Assembly: GCA_963668025.2 (NCBI GenBank)
Contig: CAXXTH010000017.1
Coordinates: forward strand, 1,216,001-1,280,000
Direction of reading: 5' to 3'
Length of the DNA: 64,000 nt
DNA from: Candidatus Hydrogenedentota bacterium
GTDB taxonomy: Bacteria > Hydrogenedentota > Hydrogenedentia > Hydrogenedentales > SLHB01
Part shown: positions 51,554-62,343 of the stretch, in pieces
How positions within the stretch are numbered: position 1 is the stretch's first letter
Layout of the letters: each line of letters starts with the position of its first letter
Notes under the pieces: generated by a model
Database searches by the model: none
Seen by the model: the letters and a program-made list of their open reading frames with translations, nothing else
What the model was told of the DNA's origin: nothing
Position numbers and translations under genes: made by a program

Positions 51554-54337
51554 CTACTCCCACTCAAACAATACGGTCGTCAGGCCATACGGCGGAACGG
51601 CCACCGGAATACCGCCGTCCGCATCCAAGGCAATCGGCTCGATGGGCGTCTCGGCTAAGTTACAGCGCTGGGCGGAAACGATCCGGCTTTCAAAATGCAC
51701 CGTATCCCGCGCTTCCTCTCCGCCAGGATTCCACAAACGGATGCAACCGTGCCGCAAGGGCTGCGTGGGATCATACCCTTCCGCAGGCTTGAGCGCCGTC
51801 ACAATAGCGGAATTCTTTTCCAGCCGGACAAACGAACAGGTCGCGGGAACCTCTTCCGTTAGATGGCTCCGCACGCCCGCCTGGGCCACCGCCACGTGGT
51901 GCAATGCATCCACGGCGTCAAACGCGCCCCCAAAGGGATACAGCATGTACTCGAACGTGAGGTCGCCTTGCAACTCGCCATCCGGTTCGCCGCCCGTCAT
52001 GACCGTCTTGTAGGTCGAACGGAACAACGTCAGCGCCAGCGCGCCGCGCGGCTGCTCCATCACTTCATATTCATGCATCCCCGCTGGCGACAGCACCGCC
52101 AGTCCGCCTGCGTTGTCCTGAACGCCAAAGAAGGACGTATACGCCTTCTCCGGGTTGACCCGTTCGTACCACTGGGCCGATTCCGCCGGAATGGCCACAT
52201 CGCGTTCCACCACGGCAAAAGGCGTTTCCGCAAAGGACTTCTCGGCGGCGATGCCCGTCGGGAACACCACGCGGAGCCGGTGATCTTTGATATTGTTATG
52301 GACGGTCGTGCGTACCCGCACATACGGTGCGTGTTTCTCCACATAGATCAGGTCTTCCACCCGTAAAATCGCGTGCTCGCTGGAACGCTGCTGCGTGTCG
52401 CGAGCGACATGGGAGGGCAAATCAAACTCACGCTCCACGCGAAACACCGTGCGCAAGGAGCCATCCTCGTCCACTGATGTGCTCACCCGCGCACCCGGCG
52501 TGCGATACGCCACATCTTTGACCGCCCGGCCCAGTGTCCATCCGTCACCTACATCCGCACCATCTTCGTAGCAGAATAAACCATCAAATGCCTGGCCTGT
52601 GGCCTTGTTTGTCAGGCATGCACTGCCATCCGTATGCAGCTCGAACGCAACCGACTCATTCGCCGCGCTCAACAAGCCCGTGCGCAGTGTGCCGAAATTA
52701 CGTATAGCCTCTGTCGAATGCTCGACGCGGAAACCGGTATACCCGCAAGATGGCAGTTCCATCTCCACCGCCAAGTGGTAAATATCACCGCTGGCATACT
52801 GCCGGCGGCCCGTGTCGTTCAACTGCTTCAACACGTCGTTACGCTCGATGCTGCTCAATTGGAACGGCATCACTTTACCTTCGGCGTCCACCAGCTTGAA
52901 CAGATTGACCGATTCTCCGCTCGATAACCCATCGATAAATCTATCTTTCCAGTCGCCGGGGAAAAGCACATCCAGCTCGATGATCCCCTTGCGGGCAAAT
53001 GGCAGCGGTTGATGCACCACCACTCCAGATAGCTTGGACACATCCGCTTGGGGATTGCTCATACCCGCTATGGCCCGGCGGACCAGCCCGTCCGCCAGCA
53101 TCCGGCTCTGGTCGAAGCGATACATCATGTCCCGGTGGACCTGATCAATACTGCACCCGCAAATCGAATCATGCGGATGATTCTTAACCAGATACTCCCA
53201 CGAATGCTCCAGGTAGCTCAGGACCGGCTTCCCACCCGCCATGGCATGGAACAGCGCATACGGCTCCGCCCACTTCTCCAACAGCGCCGTGCATTGGTCG
53301 TTTTGCTGTTTCACCGGATACCGCGACGAAATCGTGTGAACGATCAAATACTGGCACGTGGCATCACGGTCACGGCGTACTTCGCGCAACTCGCCTTTCC
53401 GCTCGGGCAACGCATCTACCTGGGCCGATATGGCATCGCCATACTCCTCGAGTGTGCCCCACTTGAAATCCACATCCGGATTATTCGTGGCGATTTGCTT
53501 GGCCAGTTCCATCATCATCTCTGTAGGCTCTTGATGATCTTGTCCATCTAGCATCAAGGCCATCGAGATAGGAGAACGCCCCAGTTCCGAGTGCATGCTA
53601 TTCGCGACTGATTGCAACGCTTCCTCGTCTAGAGCTCCCGAATTCCCCAGCCGCTGACGCGCCGCATAAAATGGCCACCCATACGACATCTGGTCCGCCA
53701 ATTTATGCGTCGCCATCTTCGAGCCATCTGGCCCCACCCATGCATATTGGGTGGGATACTGCGAATCCTCGGTTCCACGCCACACGACGCCCGCCGGAAT
53801 GCCCATCCCTGTCATAATCATCGGCAGCGCGGCGATGTGGCCAAACTGGTCCGGCGTATACGCGAAACGCAACGGCTCGAAACCCAATTCCTGGCACGTG
53901 CGCCGTCCAAGTTGGATGTTGCGGATAAAGCTCTCCCCCGAGATCAGCCATTCATCCGGCAGATCAAACCACGGCCCCGCAAGGATGCGCCTCTCTTTCA
54001 GCAATTTGACCAACCGCTCTTTGTTTTCTGGCCGAATCTCCAGATAATCCTTGAGCACCACGGCCTGGCCATCCAGATGAAAATAACGAAACTCCGGATA
54101 GGTCTCCATAAGTCCAAGCAGCCGGTCAATCATCTCGACCAGCCACATGCGGTATTCCTGGTATGGTTCGTACCATTCACGATCCCAGTGGCTTGACGTG
54201 CAATAAAACACTTTCGATTTCACGGGAGTACCTTTCATGTCCTGCTGTATCTCATTTTCCGCCTGGCCCAGTGAAGCAATGAATATGCCGCCCGCCAGGA
54301 ACAGCGCGCCCACGATAAACTTCTTGCCGAACATCAA
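51554..54337 (-). CDS. Glycoside hydrolase family 38 (alpha-mannosidase-like), signal peptide
   Basis: HWDREWY, FHLDGQ, SGESFIRN, PDQFGH and HDSICGCSID motifs. Confidence 0.92.
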   Translation of the reverse strand: MMFGKKFIVGALFLAGGIFIASLGQAENEIQQDMKGTPVKSKVFYCTSSHWDREWYEPYQEYRMWLVEMIDRLLGLMETYPEFRYFHLDGQAVVLKDYLEIRPENKERLVKLLKERRILAGPWFDLPDEWLISGESFIRNIQLGRRTCQELGFEPLRFAYTPDQFGHIAALPMIMTGMGIPAGVVWRGTEDSQYPTQYAWVGPDGSKMATHKLADQMSYGWPFYAARQRLGNSGALDEEALQSVANSMHSELGRSPISMALMLDGQDHQEPTEMMMELAKQIATNNPDVDFKWGTLEEYGDAISAQVDALPERKGELREVRRDRDATCQYLIVHTISSRYPVKQQNDQCTALLEKWAEPYALFHAMAGGKPVLSYLEHSWEYLVKNHPHDSICGCSIDQVHRDMMYRFDQSRMLADGLVRRAIAGMSNPQADVSKLSGVVVHQPLPFARKGIIELDVLFPGDWKDRFIDGLSSGESVNLFKLVDAEGKVMPFQLSSIERNDVLKQLNDTGRRQYASGDIYHLAVEMELPSCGYTGFRVEHSTEAIRNFGTLRTGLLSAANESVAFELHTDGSACLTNKATGQAFDGLFCYEDGADVGDGWTLGRAVKDVAYRTPGARVSTSVDEDGSLRTVFRVEREFDLPSHVARDTQQRSSEHAILRVEDLIYVEKHAPYVRVRTTVHNNIKDHRLRVVFPTGIAAEKSFAETPFAVVERDVAIPAESAQWYERVNPEKAYTSFFGVQDNAGGLAVLSPAGMHEYEVMEQPRGALALTLFRSTYKTVMTGGEPDGELQGDLTFEYMLYPFGGAFDAVDALHHVAVAQAGVRSHLTEEVPATCSFVRLEKNSAIVTALKPAEGYDPTQPLRHGCIRLWNPGGEEARDTVHFESRIVSAQRCNLAETPIEPIALDADGGIPVAVPPYGLTTVLFEWE

Positions 54338-54950
54338 ACAACCCTCCTTTTCCCAGTGCTCAGTTTCTTGCTATACCCTCCCTGCGGCATTTGGATAAAA
54401 GCCATGAAAAAAAGACATCAAACGAACGGCTCCAGCACATAAACTCTATCGATACACTATTCGACGAATTAATGCAAATTCTCAAAATCACTCTTCAGGC
54501 AATAGAGCCTAATACTTCAAAAACATTCATATTGCGTAAGCATGAATCGCTTTAAAACCAAGCCCATCCGATTAAAATAGCGGAATTATTCAATGTTTAC
54601 AGGATTCTAGATGGCTCATGCGTCCGCACGCATGAGTGTCAATCCTATAAAAATCCCCTTCGTTCAACATGTATGCCCTTCTACATAAACTGTCCTAGCC
54701 ATCTTTTTGTAAATAGAGCCCAGTCCATCTCAAAATGGATTGTAGGAGCATTCTGATTGGCCATCTTGTGAATCAGGCCTGTAAAAACACCTCTAGATGG
54801 CATGATTCTCTACCAGCCCTCGTCCCCAAACCGCGGCCCATCCGAATTTGCATTTGCCTTATAATGGTGGTAGATTATCCGTTTTCTTGAAAAATGCATT
54901 TTCCGCCAAACAGCATGAGTCTGTTAGGTGCGCTGTAAGGAGTCTGCACC

Positions 54951-55286
54951 ATGCCTACCTATACTTATAGGTGCAAAAAATGCCAGCACGAGATGGATGT
55001 GTTTCATTCCATTAACGCGGAGCCTGAAATTCGCTGCGAAGCTTGCGGCAGCACCCACATGGATCGCCTCATCGGAACGGGCTCCGGGATCATTTTTAAA
55101 GGTTCTGGATTCTACGAGACCGATTATAAGAAAGACGGCAAAAGCGCCTCGAAAAGAGATTCGAAGTCGCATGCAAGCGGGGAATCCAAGTCCGAAACCA
55201 AATCGGAATCCAAAACCGAATCCAAGCCGGATTCGAGTTCGAGTAGTGATTCGGGCGCCGCAGCCAGTTCAACCAGCGCCGCCTAA
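54951..55286 (+). CDS. FmdB-family zinc-ribbon protein
   Basis: MPTYTYRC..C, C..C and IFKGSGFYETDY, low-complexity tail. Confidence 0.92.
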   Translation: MPTYTYRCKKCQHEMDVFHSINAEPEIRCEACGSTHMDRLIGTGSGIIFKGSGFYETDYKKDGKSASKRDSKSHASGESKSETKSESKTESKPDSSSSSDSGAAASSTSAA

Positions 55287-55405
55287 CCGCCTGCACATTT
55301 TCATATGCCGATCCGGTGTGGAGGAGCTTTGTTTCATGAGAAAATGCGCATAAGGCCAAGGATAGGTATTCCTATCGGCTATACACAAAAGGAGGGGCCC
55401 CTTGG

Positions 55406-56593
55406 ATGAACACCAGCGAAATTAAATCACTCCATGACAAATACATCATCAACAGCTACGGCGAACGGAAGCTGGCGCTCGTGCGCGGCGAAGGCATGCG
55501 CTTGTGGGACGCGGAAGGGCGCGAGTACCTCGATTGCTTCGCGGGTATTGCCGTAGTCGCCCTGGGACATTGCCATCCCGAAGTCACGGCGGCTATTTGC
55601 GAACAAGCCAAGACGCTTGTGCATGTCTCGAATCTATACTTCATCGAGCCGCAAGTGCGCCTGGCGGAATTGTTAAGCCAGCATTCGTTCGCGGCTCGCT
55701 GGTTTTTCTGCAATTGCGGCGCAACGGCCAACGAAAGCGCCATCAAACTGGCCCGGCGGTATTGGGTGCAAAAGGGCGCGCCCAAACCCGGCTTGATCAC
55801 CGCCTTGCATTCATTCCATGGCCGCACCCTGGCCACGATCACCGCCACCGGCCAAACCAAATACCAGCAAGGCTTCGAACCACTTATGCCGGGTGTCTCG
55901 TATGTGCCCTATGATGATATCGAAGCGCTCGAAAAAGCCATCACACCCGAAACAGGCGCGATCCTTCTCGAACCCATCCAGGGCGAAGGCGGCGTGCGCA
56001 TGCCTTCGGATGGTTATCTGCCCGCCGTGCGAAAACTCTGCAACGAGCGCGGCGTGCTGTTGATCTTGGATGAAGTGCAGACCGGCTTAGGCCGCACGGG
56101 CCGCCTGTTCGCCCATGAACACGCGGGCATCACGCCGGACATCGTCACCGTAGCCAAGGCCCTGGGCAATGGCGTGCCCATCGGGGCCATGGGATGCACG
56201 GAAGAAGTGGCCCAAGGTTTTTCGCCCGGGACGCACGCCTCGACATTCGGCGGCAATCCCTTATGCTGCGCCGCCGCGCTGGCGACAGTTAAGATCCTGA
56301 CCCGGCCCGGTTTCCTCGATAATGTCGCCAAGATGGGCGCGTATTTTGTCGAAAGCCTGCGCGGACTCCAAGCAAAACATGCCTGTGTGGTGGACGTGCG
56401 TGGGCGCGGCCTTATGATTGGCGTGGAACTGAATTACGACGTGAAACCTGTAGTGGAACGTCTTCTCGACAAAGGAATCATCTGCGGCCCAGCGGGGCCG
56501 CGTGTCCTGCGGTTTGTGCCGCCCCTCATCATCGAACAAACACATATTGACCGCGTAGTGTCCGCACTCGATTCGGCATTGGGAGAGACATGA
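55406..56593 (+). CDS. argD: Acetylornithine aminotransferase
   Basis: FHGRTLA, EPIQGEGG, DEVQTGLGRTG and STFGGNP motifs; coupled to argF. Confidence 0.92.
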   Translation: MNTSEIKSLHDKYIINSYGERKLALVRGEGMRLWDAEGREYLDCFAGIAVVALGHCHPEVTAAICEQAKTLVHVSNLYFIEPQVRLAELLSQHSFAARWFFCNCGATANESAIKLARRYWVQKGAPKPGLITALHSFHGRTLATITATGQTKYQQGFEPLMPGVSYVPYDDIEALEKAITPETGAILLEPIQGEGGVRMPSDGYLPAVRKLCNERGVLLILDEVQTGLGRTGRLFAHEHAGITPDIVTVAKALGNGVPIGAMGCTEEVAQGFSPGTHASTFGGNPLCCAAALATVKILTRPGFLDNVAKMGAYFVESLRGLQAKHACVVDVRGRGLMIGVELNYDVKPVVERLLDKGIICGPAGPRVLRFVPPLIIEQTHIDRVVSALDSALGET

Positions 56594-57495
56594 TGTTAAC
56601 AGACCTGATTTCGCTGGCCGACCTTACTACGGACGAGATCCTGGGCCTCTTGGAACAAGCGGACCACCTGAAACAGCTTCAGCATGACCGCAGGCCCTAC
56701 CGCCCCCTCGAGGGCAAGACCCTCGCCATGATCTTCGAGAAGCCGAGCCTGCGAACGCGGGTCACCTTTGAAACCGGCATGTTCCAATTAGGCGGCCATT
56801 CCATCCTCATGGAAATGTCGCTGGGCGAACGCGAGTCCGTGCCCGATGTGGCGCGCAATCTCGAACGCTGGGTCGATGGCATCATGGCGCGCACATTCAG
56901 CCATGAAGCGGTCATCGAGATGGCGGAAAACGCCTCCGTTCCTGTCATCAACGCCCTGACCGACAAACTGCACCCGTGCCAGATCCTCGCCGATGCACAG
57001 GCCCTGCGCGAACATAAGGGCAAACTCGATGGCCTCAAACTCGCCTTTGTGGGCGACGGCAATAATGTGTGCGCCTCCTGGTTCCACTTCGCCGCGCGCG
57101 TGCCCCTTAGCGTGACCCTTGTTTGCCCTCCGGGCTACGAAGCGGACCCCGAGATCACGGCGTTCGCGCAATCGCAAGCCAAAGGCGCGGTCGTGGTGAC
57201 CAATGATATCGAGGCCGGGCTTAAAGACGCCGACGCCGTCTATACGGATGTGTGGGCCAGCATGGGCCAGGAAGAGGAATCCGCCGAACGCGCCCGCGTG
57301 TTCCAGCCATACCAAGTGAACGCCAAACTCATGTCCCTCGCCAAGAAGGATGCGATTTTCATGCATTGCTTGCCCGCCAAGCGCGGCCTCGAGGTGACGG
57401 ACGAAGTGCTAGACAGCCCGCAGTCCATCGTGTTCGATCAAGCCGAAAACCGCCTGCACGCCCAAAAAGCCGTGCTGGTGGCGCTGATGGGGTAG
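56590..57495 (+). CDS. argF: Ornithine carbamoyltransferase
   Basis: FEKPSLRTR, HPCQILAD, DVWASMG, HCLPA and AENRLH motifs. Confidence 0.96.
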   Translation: MMLTDLISLADLTTDEILGLLEQADHLKQLQHDRRPYRPLEGKTLAMIFEKPSLRTRVTFETGMFQLGGHSILMEMSLGERESVPDVARNLERWVDGIMARTFSHEAVIEMAENASVPVINALTDKLHPCQILADAQALREHKGKLDGLKLAFVGDGNNVCASWFHFAARVPLSVTLVCPPGYEADPEITAFAQSQAKGAVVVTNDIEAGLKDADAVYTDVWASMGQEEESAERARVFQPYQVNAKLMSLAKKDAIFMHCLPAKRGLEVTDEVLDSPQSIVFDQAENRLHAQKAVLVALMG

Positions 57496-57702
57496 CCATT
57501 GAAGAACGAACGCAGAGGCGCGGAGAAGCAAAAAAACGTGAAAATGAGGTATTGTGGGTAGGATCACACGAATAGTCAATCATCTTGCATAAACCGGCTC
57601 TACGAAACTTCGCGTTCTCAGCGTCTTTGCGTTTAGAAAGAATGCAACTTCACGTATACTATAGAGAAACGACAACAAACAATCGTGGAGGGCTTACTAC
57701 AT

Positions 57703-58173
57703 ATGGACGGCAAAATCGTAGCGGACAATATGCGGCGGGAGAAGAAGTGTTTGCTGAACGTGCTGAGCGGCTTCAAGCCCGAGCATGGCGAGTTCATCCC
57801 GGAAGAGGGCATGATGAGCGTGGCGCAGCAAATCCGCCACATCGCGTTCACGGTGAAATGGTTCCGCGAAGGCGCGTTTGGCGCGGGCTTCAATATGGAT
57901 TTCGAAGCGCTCGAAGCGGAGAACCGAAAAGAGATCTCGCTCGCGGATGCCTTGGCGGAGGTGGCGCGCGAGTATGATGAATTCGCGGCTTATGTTGAAC
58001 CGATGAGCGAAACGGAGCTAATGCAGCCGTTCCCGCCCAATCCTGTTTTCGGCGAAATTCCCCGCATCGCGGTGTTCAGCGCGCAGATGGACCATACGGC
58101 GCACCATCGCGGCTCGCTGGCGGTGTATTTGCGCCTGCTAGGCATCACGCCGAAAATGCCCTATACAAAGTAA
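57703..58173 (+). CDS. DinB/YfiT-family protein
   Basis: MSVAQQIRHI and DHTAHHRGSLAVYLRLLG motifs. Confidence 0.88.
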   Translation: MDGKIVADNMRREKKCLLNVLSGFKPEHGEFIPEEGMMSVAQQIRHIAFTVKWFREGAFGAGFNMDFEALEAENRKEISLADALAEVAREYDEFAAYVEPMSETELMQPFPPNPVFGEIPRIAVFSAQMDHTAHHRGSLAVYLRLLGITPKMPYTK

Positions 58174-58373
58174 TAACAGATGGAGATCGCTCCACCTAAA
58201 CGATTTTTATCTCCATTAATGCAAGAGCCTTTTTAGACATGATTTACAAGATGAACAAGATTGGGCGAGATCGCCATCAGAAAATCTTGTATAATCATGT
58301 AAATCATGTCAAAAAAATCATCCACTTTGGTTAAAATATTGCCTATTTCCACTGGCATGAAAAGGAACTGGTC

Positions 58374-59591
58374 ATGGCGAATGTAAAGAAAATCGTGCTG
58401 GCGTATTCGGGCGGCTTGGATACGTCCATCATCTTAAAATGGCTCCAAGAGACCTATAAAGCCGATGTGGTGGCCTTCGTGGCCGATGTCGGCCAAAAGG
58501 AAGAAACGGAGCCTGCGCGGCAAAAGGCCATCGACACCGGTGCGTGCGCCGTGTATGTCGAAGACCTGCGCGAAGAATTCGCCCGCGATTACGTGTTCCC
58601 CGCTCTGCGCGCCAACGCCATCTATGAAGGCACGTATCTCCTCGGCACGAGTGTCGCCCGGCCCCTCATTGCCAAGGCCCAAATCGACGTGCTCCGCAAG
58701 GAAAACGCCGATGCCGTCTCTCACGGGGCCACCGGCAAAGGCAACGACCAGGTGCGTTTCGAGCTGGCGTATTATGCCCTCGAACCGAATGTCACCATCA
58801 TCGCCCCGTGGCGTGATCCCAAGTGGAATATGCGCGGCCGTATGGACATGATCGCATATGCCGAGAAACATGGCATTCCGGTCCCCGTGACGCAAAAGAA
58901 ACCGTACAGCATGGACCGCAACCTGCTGCATATTTCGTACGAAGGCGGCATCCTCGAGGACCCCTGGGCCGAACCGCCCGAGGATATGTTCGTCCTCACG
59001 GTGGACCCGCGCAAGGCCCCCGATACGCCCACATACATCGAGATCGACTTCGAGGAAGGCACGCCCGTGGCGGTGGACGGCAAGCGCCTCTCGCCCGCGA
59101 ACCTCATGGACACCCTCAACACCCTCGCGGGTGCGAATGGCGTTGGCCGGGTGGACATGGTCGAGAACCGCTTTGTGGGCATGAAATCGCGCGGCGTCTA
59201 CGAGACGCCCGGCGGCACGATCCTGTATAAGGCCCACCGCGCCGTCGAATCCATCACCATGGACCGCGAAGTCATGCTGGCGCGCGACCAGATGTCCCCG
59301 AAGATCGCCCAGCTCATGTACAACGGATTCTGGTTCTCGCCCGAGATGAAGCTCATGATGGACTTCGTCAATTCGACCCAGGAGAACGTGACGGGCACGG
59401 CGCGCGTGCGGCTCTACAAGGGCAACTGCGATGTCGTGGGCCGCAAAGCGCCGAAGTCGCTGTACGACCCAAAGGTCAGTTCGTTCGAGGAAGACGAAGG
59501 CGCGTACCAGCAATCAGATGCGGGCGCGTTCATCAAGCTCAACGCTCTCCGCTTGCGCGTGCGCAATAAAGCGGGGCTGCTGGATCTCTAA
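58374..59591 (+). CDS. argG: Argininosuccinate synthase
   Basis: [23 protein letters not shown] and [10 protein letters not shown] motifs. Confidence 0.98.
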   Translation: MANVKKIVLAYSGGLDTSIILKWLQETYKADVVAFVADVGQKEETEPARQKAIDTGACAVYVEDLREEFARDYVFPALRANAIYEGTYLLGTSVARPLIAKAQIDVLRKENADAVSHGATGKGNDQVRFELAYYALEPNVTIIAPWRDPKWNMRGRMDMIAYAEKHGIPVPVTQKKPYSMDRNLLHISYEGGILEDPWAEPPEDMFVLTVDPRKAPDTPTYIEIDFEEGTPVAVDGKRLSPANLMDTLNTLAGANGVGRVDMVENRFVGMKSRGVYETPGGTILYKAHRAVESITMDREVMLARDQMSPKIAQLMYNGFWFSPEMKLMMDFVNSTQENVTGTARVRLYKGNCDVVGRKAPKSLYDPKVSSFEEDEGAYQQSDAGAFIKLNALRLRVRNKAGLLDL

Positions 59592-59599
59592 AATAACGA

Positions 59600-59638
59600 A
59601 CTGGGGAAGCCTCTCTTGTGAGAAGAGGCTTCCCCAGT
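59600..59638. terminator. Hairpin between convergent argG and fabA
   Basis: actggggaagcctct / agaggcttccccagt inverted repeat. Confidence 0.7.
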
Positions 59639-59685
59639 GTATTTCCACCGCTGTTCATCGCCACGAGATGATGTCTTTTCCTTCG

Positions 59686-60204
59686 TTATCCTTTGGCGCT
59701 GTTTGGAAACAAGCCTACCTGCAATCCCTTTACATAATAAATGTCGTGCCCATCCACCGAAACCGTGCCATCCGCGATGGCCATGGTGATCGGTTTGGTG
59801 CGGGTTCGGGTAAAGTCAAGACGGTAGCTGACCGTTTTAGCGCCGGGTAATATCTCGCCGCGAAATTGGGCTTCTTTCAGGCCTAATGCCCGGGCTTTGC
59901 CCATATGCCCAGTCCATGCCAGGTAAAAACCCACCAATTGGAGCAAGGCCTCTATGCCAAGCGTGCCCGGCATGATCGGATCGCCCTTAAAATGGCATGC
60001 AAAAAACCACAGATCCGGGCGCACATCCAGCTCCGCGAGGATCTCCCCCTTTCCATGGGAGCCGCCATCGCCATCGATATGCACGATGCGATCAAACATT
60101 AGGAAAGGAGGGCAGGGAAGCAGCGCGCGGCCTGCATCAAATAACTGGCCTTCCGCGGCTTGAAGAATGTCTTCACGGGAGTATGCATTTCGATATTGTG
60201 TCAT
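59686..60204 (-). CDS. fabA: 3-hydroxyacyl-ACP dehydratase/isomerase, FabA-like
   Basis: LMFDRI, AELDVRPDLWFFACHF.GDP.MPG, QLVGFYL and L.VGLF; 172 aa. Confidence 0.88.
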   Translation of the reverse strand: MTQYRNAYSREDILQAAEGQLFDAGRALLPCPPFLMFDRIVHIDGDGGSHGKGEILAELDVRPDLWFFACHFKGDPIMPGTLGIEALLQLVGFYLAWTGHMGKARALGLKEAQFRGEILPGAKTVSYRLDFTRTRTKPITMAIADGTVSVDGHDIYYVKGLQVGLFPNSAKG

Positions 60205-60286
60205 GGGTCGTCTCCACCGTCTTGGACGGGCCTGTTGTCGGGCGTCCCCGGCGGGCGGCCCATTACAAGCGATTCCATTCTGAATA

Positions 60287-60325
60287 AAAAAGCCGGAAGA
60301 CTCGCATGTCTTCCGGCTTCTTCTT
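60287..60325. terminator. Intrinsic terminator after the PpiD-like gene
   Basis: aaaaagccggaagac-tcgcat-gtcttccggctt. Confidence 0.7.
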
Positions 60326-60330
60326 GCGAA

Positions 60331-62343
60331 TTACGAGGCCGGCTGCGGAGCGGGCGCTGATTCCACCGGGGCTGCAGCAGGTTCGGCGGGCGTTGCTTCT
60401 GGCTTCGCAGGCTCGCCTGTGGCGGCGGGCGCCTCCGCGGGTGCGGAAGACTCCGCACCGCTTTCTGGCGCACTATCTTCCGTGGCGGCTGGCGCTTCCT
60501 CTTGTTCTTTTTCCGGTTTCACCAGATATTGGTATACCTCTTCATCAACGGACCATTTGGCCGTCAAACGGCGTTCCGCGAAATAATCCTCGATGCGGTC
60601 ATTCTGCGCTTCCGTCAGCAGCGCTTTGCGGATATTGGGTTCTTGTTCGGCGAATTTCTCATCGAACACCGATTGCGCGGGAGGAGTGGCGCTAATCAAT
60701 TCGACGAAGTATACTTCCCCGGTATAGGGGCTGATGATAGGCCCGCCAAACGCCCCTGGCTTGCCTTTTCCCACGGCCTTCAACACTTCTTCCGGATTCC
60801 AAAGAGGGCCCATTCCGGGCGCAAAACTGGCAACGCTGAACTCGGGGCTTTCCTCCGGCTGCACCGCCAATTCCGGATGGCTGGCGGCGATGTCCGCGAT
60901 GCTCTTGGCGTTTTCTTTAATCTCTTTGGCTATATCCGCGATCTTCTTGATATGTTCCGGCGTGCGCTTGATGGCGTTGACAGTGTCAAGATCCACGCGC
61001 TGGCGTACTTTCTCGATGGGGATGGGTTTGGCCGGGATAACCTCGACAACCCGTGCGACATAGAGGTTTTCCGTGCCTTTAATGACTTCGGAAATCTGGT
61101 TCAATCCCAGAGAAGACGTGCCATTGCGGAAAGTCCAGCTATCGGACCGAGGCACAACATCACCTTCGAAGCTCTTCTGCGAGTAGAAGCCCGTCTGCTG
61201 GACCGTCAAGCCTGCTTCCGCGGCGGCGGCGGCCAAGTCATTCGTCTCAAGGGCTTTCTTTGCGATAGCCTCCGCCTGGGCGGTGCGTTTCGCCGTTTCC
61301 TCTTCCGCAAGCTTGGCGCGAATAATAATCTGGCGCCCTTTCACCTCGCGTTGCCCTGTCTCGGCGCCGGTGCGTTCTTCTTCCGGCTTATAAATATAGT
61401 AGCTGTTTCCAGGCCCCTCTATGGCGCTAGAAACAATGCCTACCGGTGTCGTGAAAATCGCCTTTTGGTACTCCGGCATATTCGGATTTTCGCTGCGCCA
61501 GTCAAACGCGCCGCCTTGCTCCTTCATCGGATCTTCAGAGTACTGTTTGGCCAGTTCGCCGAAATCTTCACCGCTTTGGGCGCGCTGGACAATCTCATCC
61601 ACGATGGCCGGCTTATCCGCGCGCAAGGATACCGCAGCGAATTCCGCCCGCAATTGCTCCGGCTCTTCATAGCGCTCCGGGTTGTCTTTATATTGCGCTT
61701 GGATCTGTTCTTCCGTAGGTGTGACTACGGGGTCGATGGCCACGTAGCGCACCTTGAGCATGGTGTTGTTTTCAGTAAAACGCTGCCGCACTTCATTGTC
61801 CGTGACGCGCGCCGAGGACATCACGCGCTGAATAACCACATTTTGGCGCAAATTTTGCGCTAAGGATGCATATTGCTCGTTCCAATTCACCCCGCTGCTG
61901 TCTTCCACCCAGGAATTCCAGAGCTCTTTGTCAAATTTGCCGTCCGTCTGGAAGCGAGGATCTTTCTTAAGCTGTTCATCAAGAAGCTTACGGTCGAACT
62001 CAAGACCGGTGGCGGCCGCGTCATAATCTAGAATATACTCGTCCACCATACGCTCGAGTATTTTCCGCGCCGTGCCGTCTTTCTCCAGATCTTCGACCGT
62101 CACGTCAGGATTGCCCCGCCGCATTTGTTCAAGTTGTTGATTAAGGGCTTGCCGGAACAATGCAGCCGGAATGGCCTGGCCTTCTACCACGGCCACAGGC
62201 TCATTCGCCAATCGGCTGGCCTCGTTTCTGGATGAGCCGCTAGACCCAAAATTGCCGCCCCAATATACAAATGGCACGATCACAAACGCTAAGGTGATAA
62301 ACATCACCGCTCTTTTGTGTTTGCGCATCAGATCCTGAATCAT
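60331..62343 (-). CDS. PpiD/SurA-like periplasmic chaperone (parvulin PPIase)
   Basis: N-terminal TM, FQTDGKFD SurA_N motif, GEDFGELAKQYSED..GG rotamase motif. Confidence 0.85.
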   Translation of the reverse strand: MIQDLMRKHKRAVMFITLAFVIVPFVYWGGNFGSSGSSRNEASRLANEPVAVVEGQAIPAALFRQALNQQLEQMRRGNPDVTVEDLEKDGTARKILERMVDEYILDYDAAATGLEFDRKLLDEQLKKDPRFQTDGKFDKELWNSWVEDSSGVNWNEQYASLAQNLRQNVVIQRVMSSARVTDNEVRQRFTENNTMLKVRYVAIDPVVTPTEEQIQAQYKDNPERYEEPEQLRAEFAAVSLRADKPAIVDEIVQRAQSGEDFGELAKQYSEDPMKEQGGAFDWRSENPNMPEYQKAIFTTPVGIVSSAIEGPGNSYYIYKPEEERTGAETGQREVKGRQIIIRAKLAEEETAKRTAQAEAIAKKALETNDLAAAAAEAGLTVQQTGFYSQKSFEGDVVPRSDSWTFRNGTSSLGLNQISEVIKGTENLYVARVVEVIPAKPIPIEKVRQRVDLDTVNAIKRTPEHIKKIADIAKEIKENAKSIADIAASHPELAVQPEESPEFSVASFAPGMGPLWNPEEVLKAVGKGKPGAFGGPIISPYTGEVYFVELISATPPAQSVFDEKFAEQEPNIRKALLTEAQNDRIEDYFAERRLTAKWSVDEEVYQYLVKPEKEQEEAPAATEDSAPESGAESSAPAEAPAATGEPAKPEATPAEPAAAPVESAPAPQPAS

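Noticed and set aside
55287-55405. ArgR box upstream of argD
   Set aside because: Only weak partial matches to the TGAAT/TGCAT palindrome.
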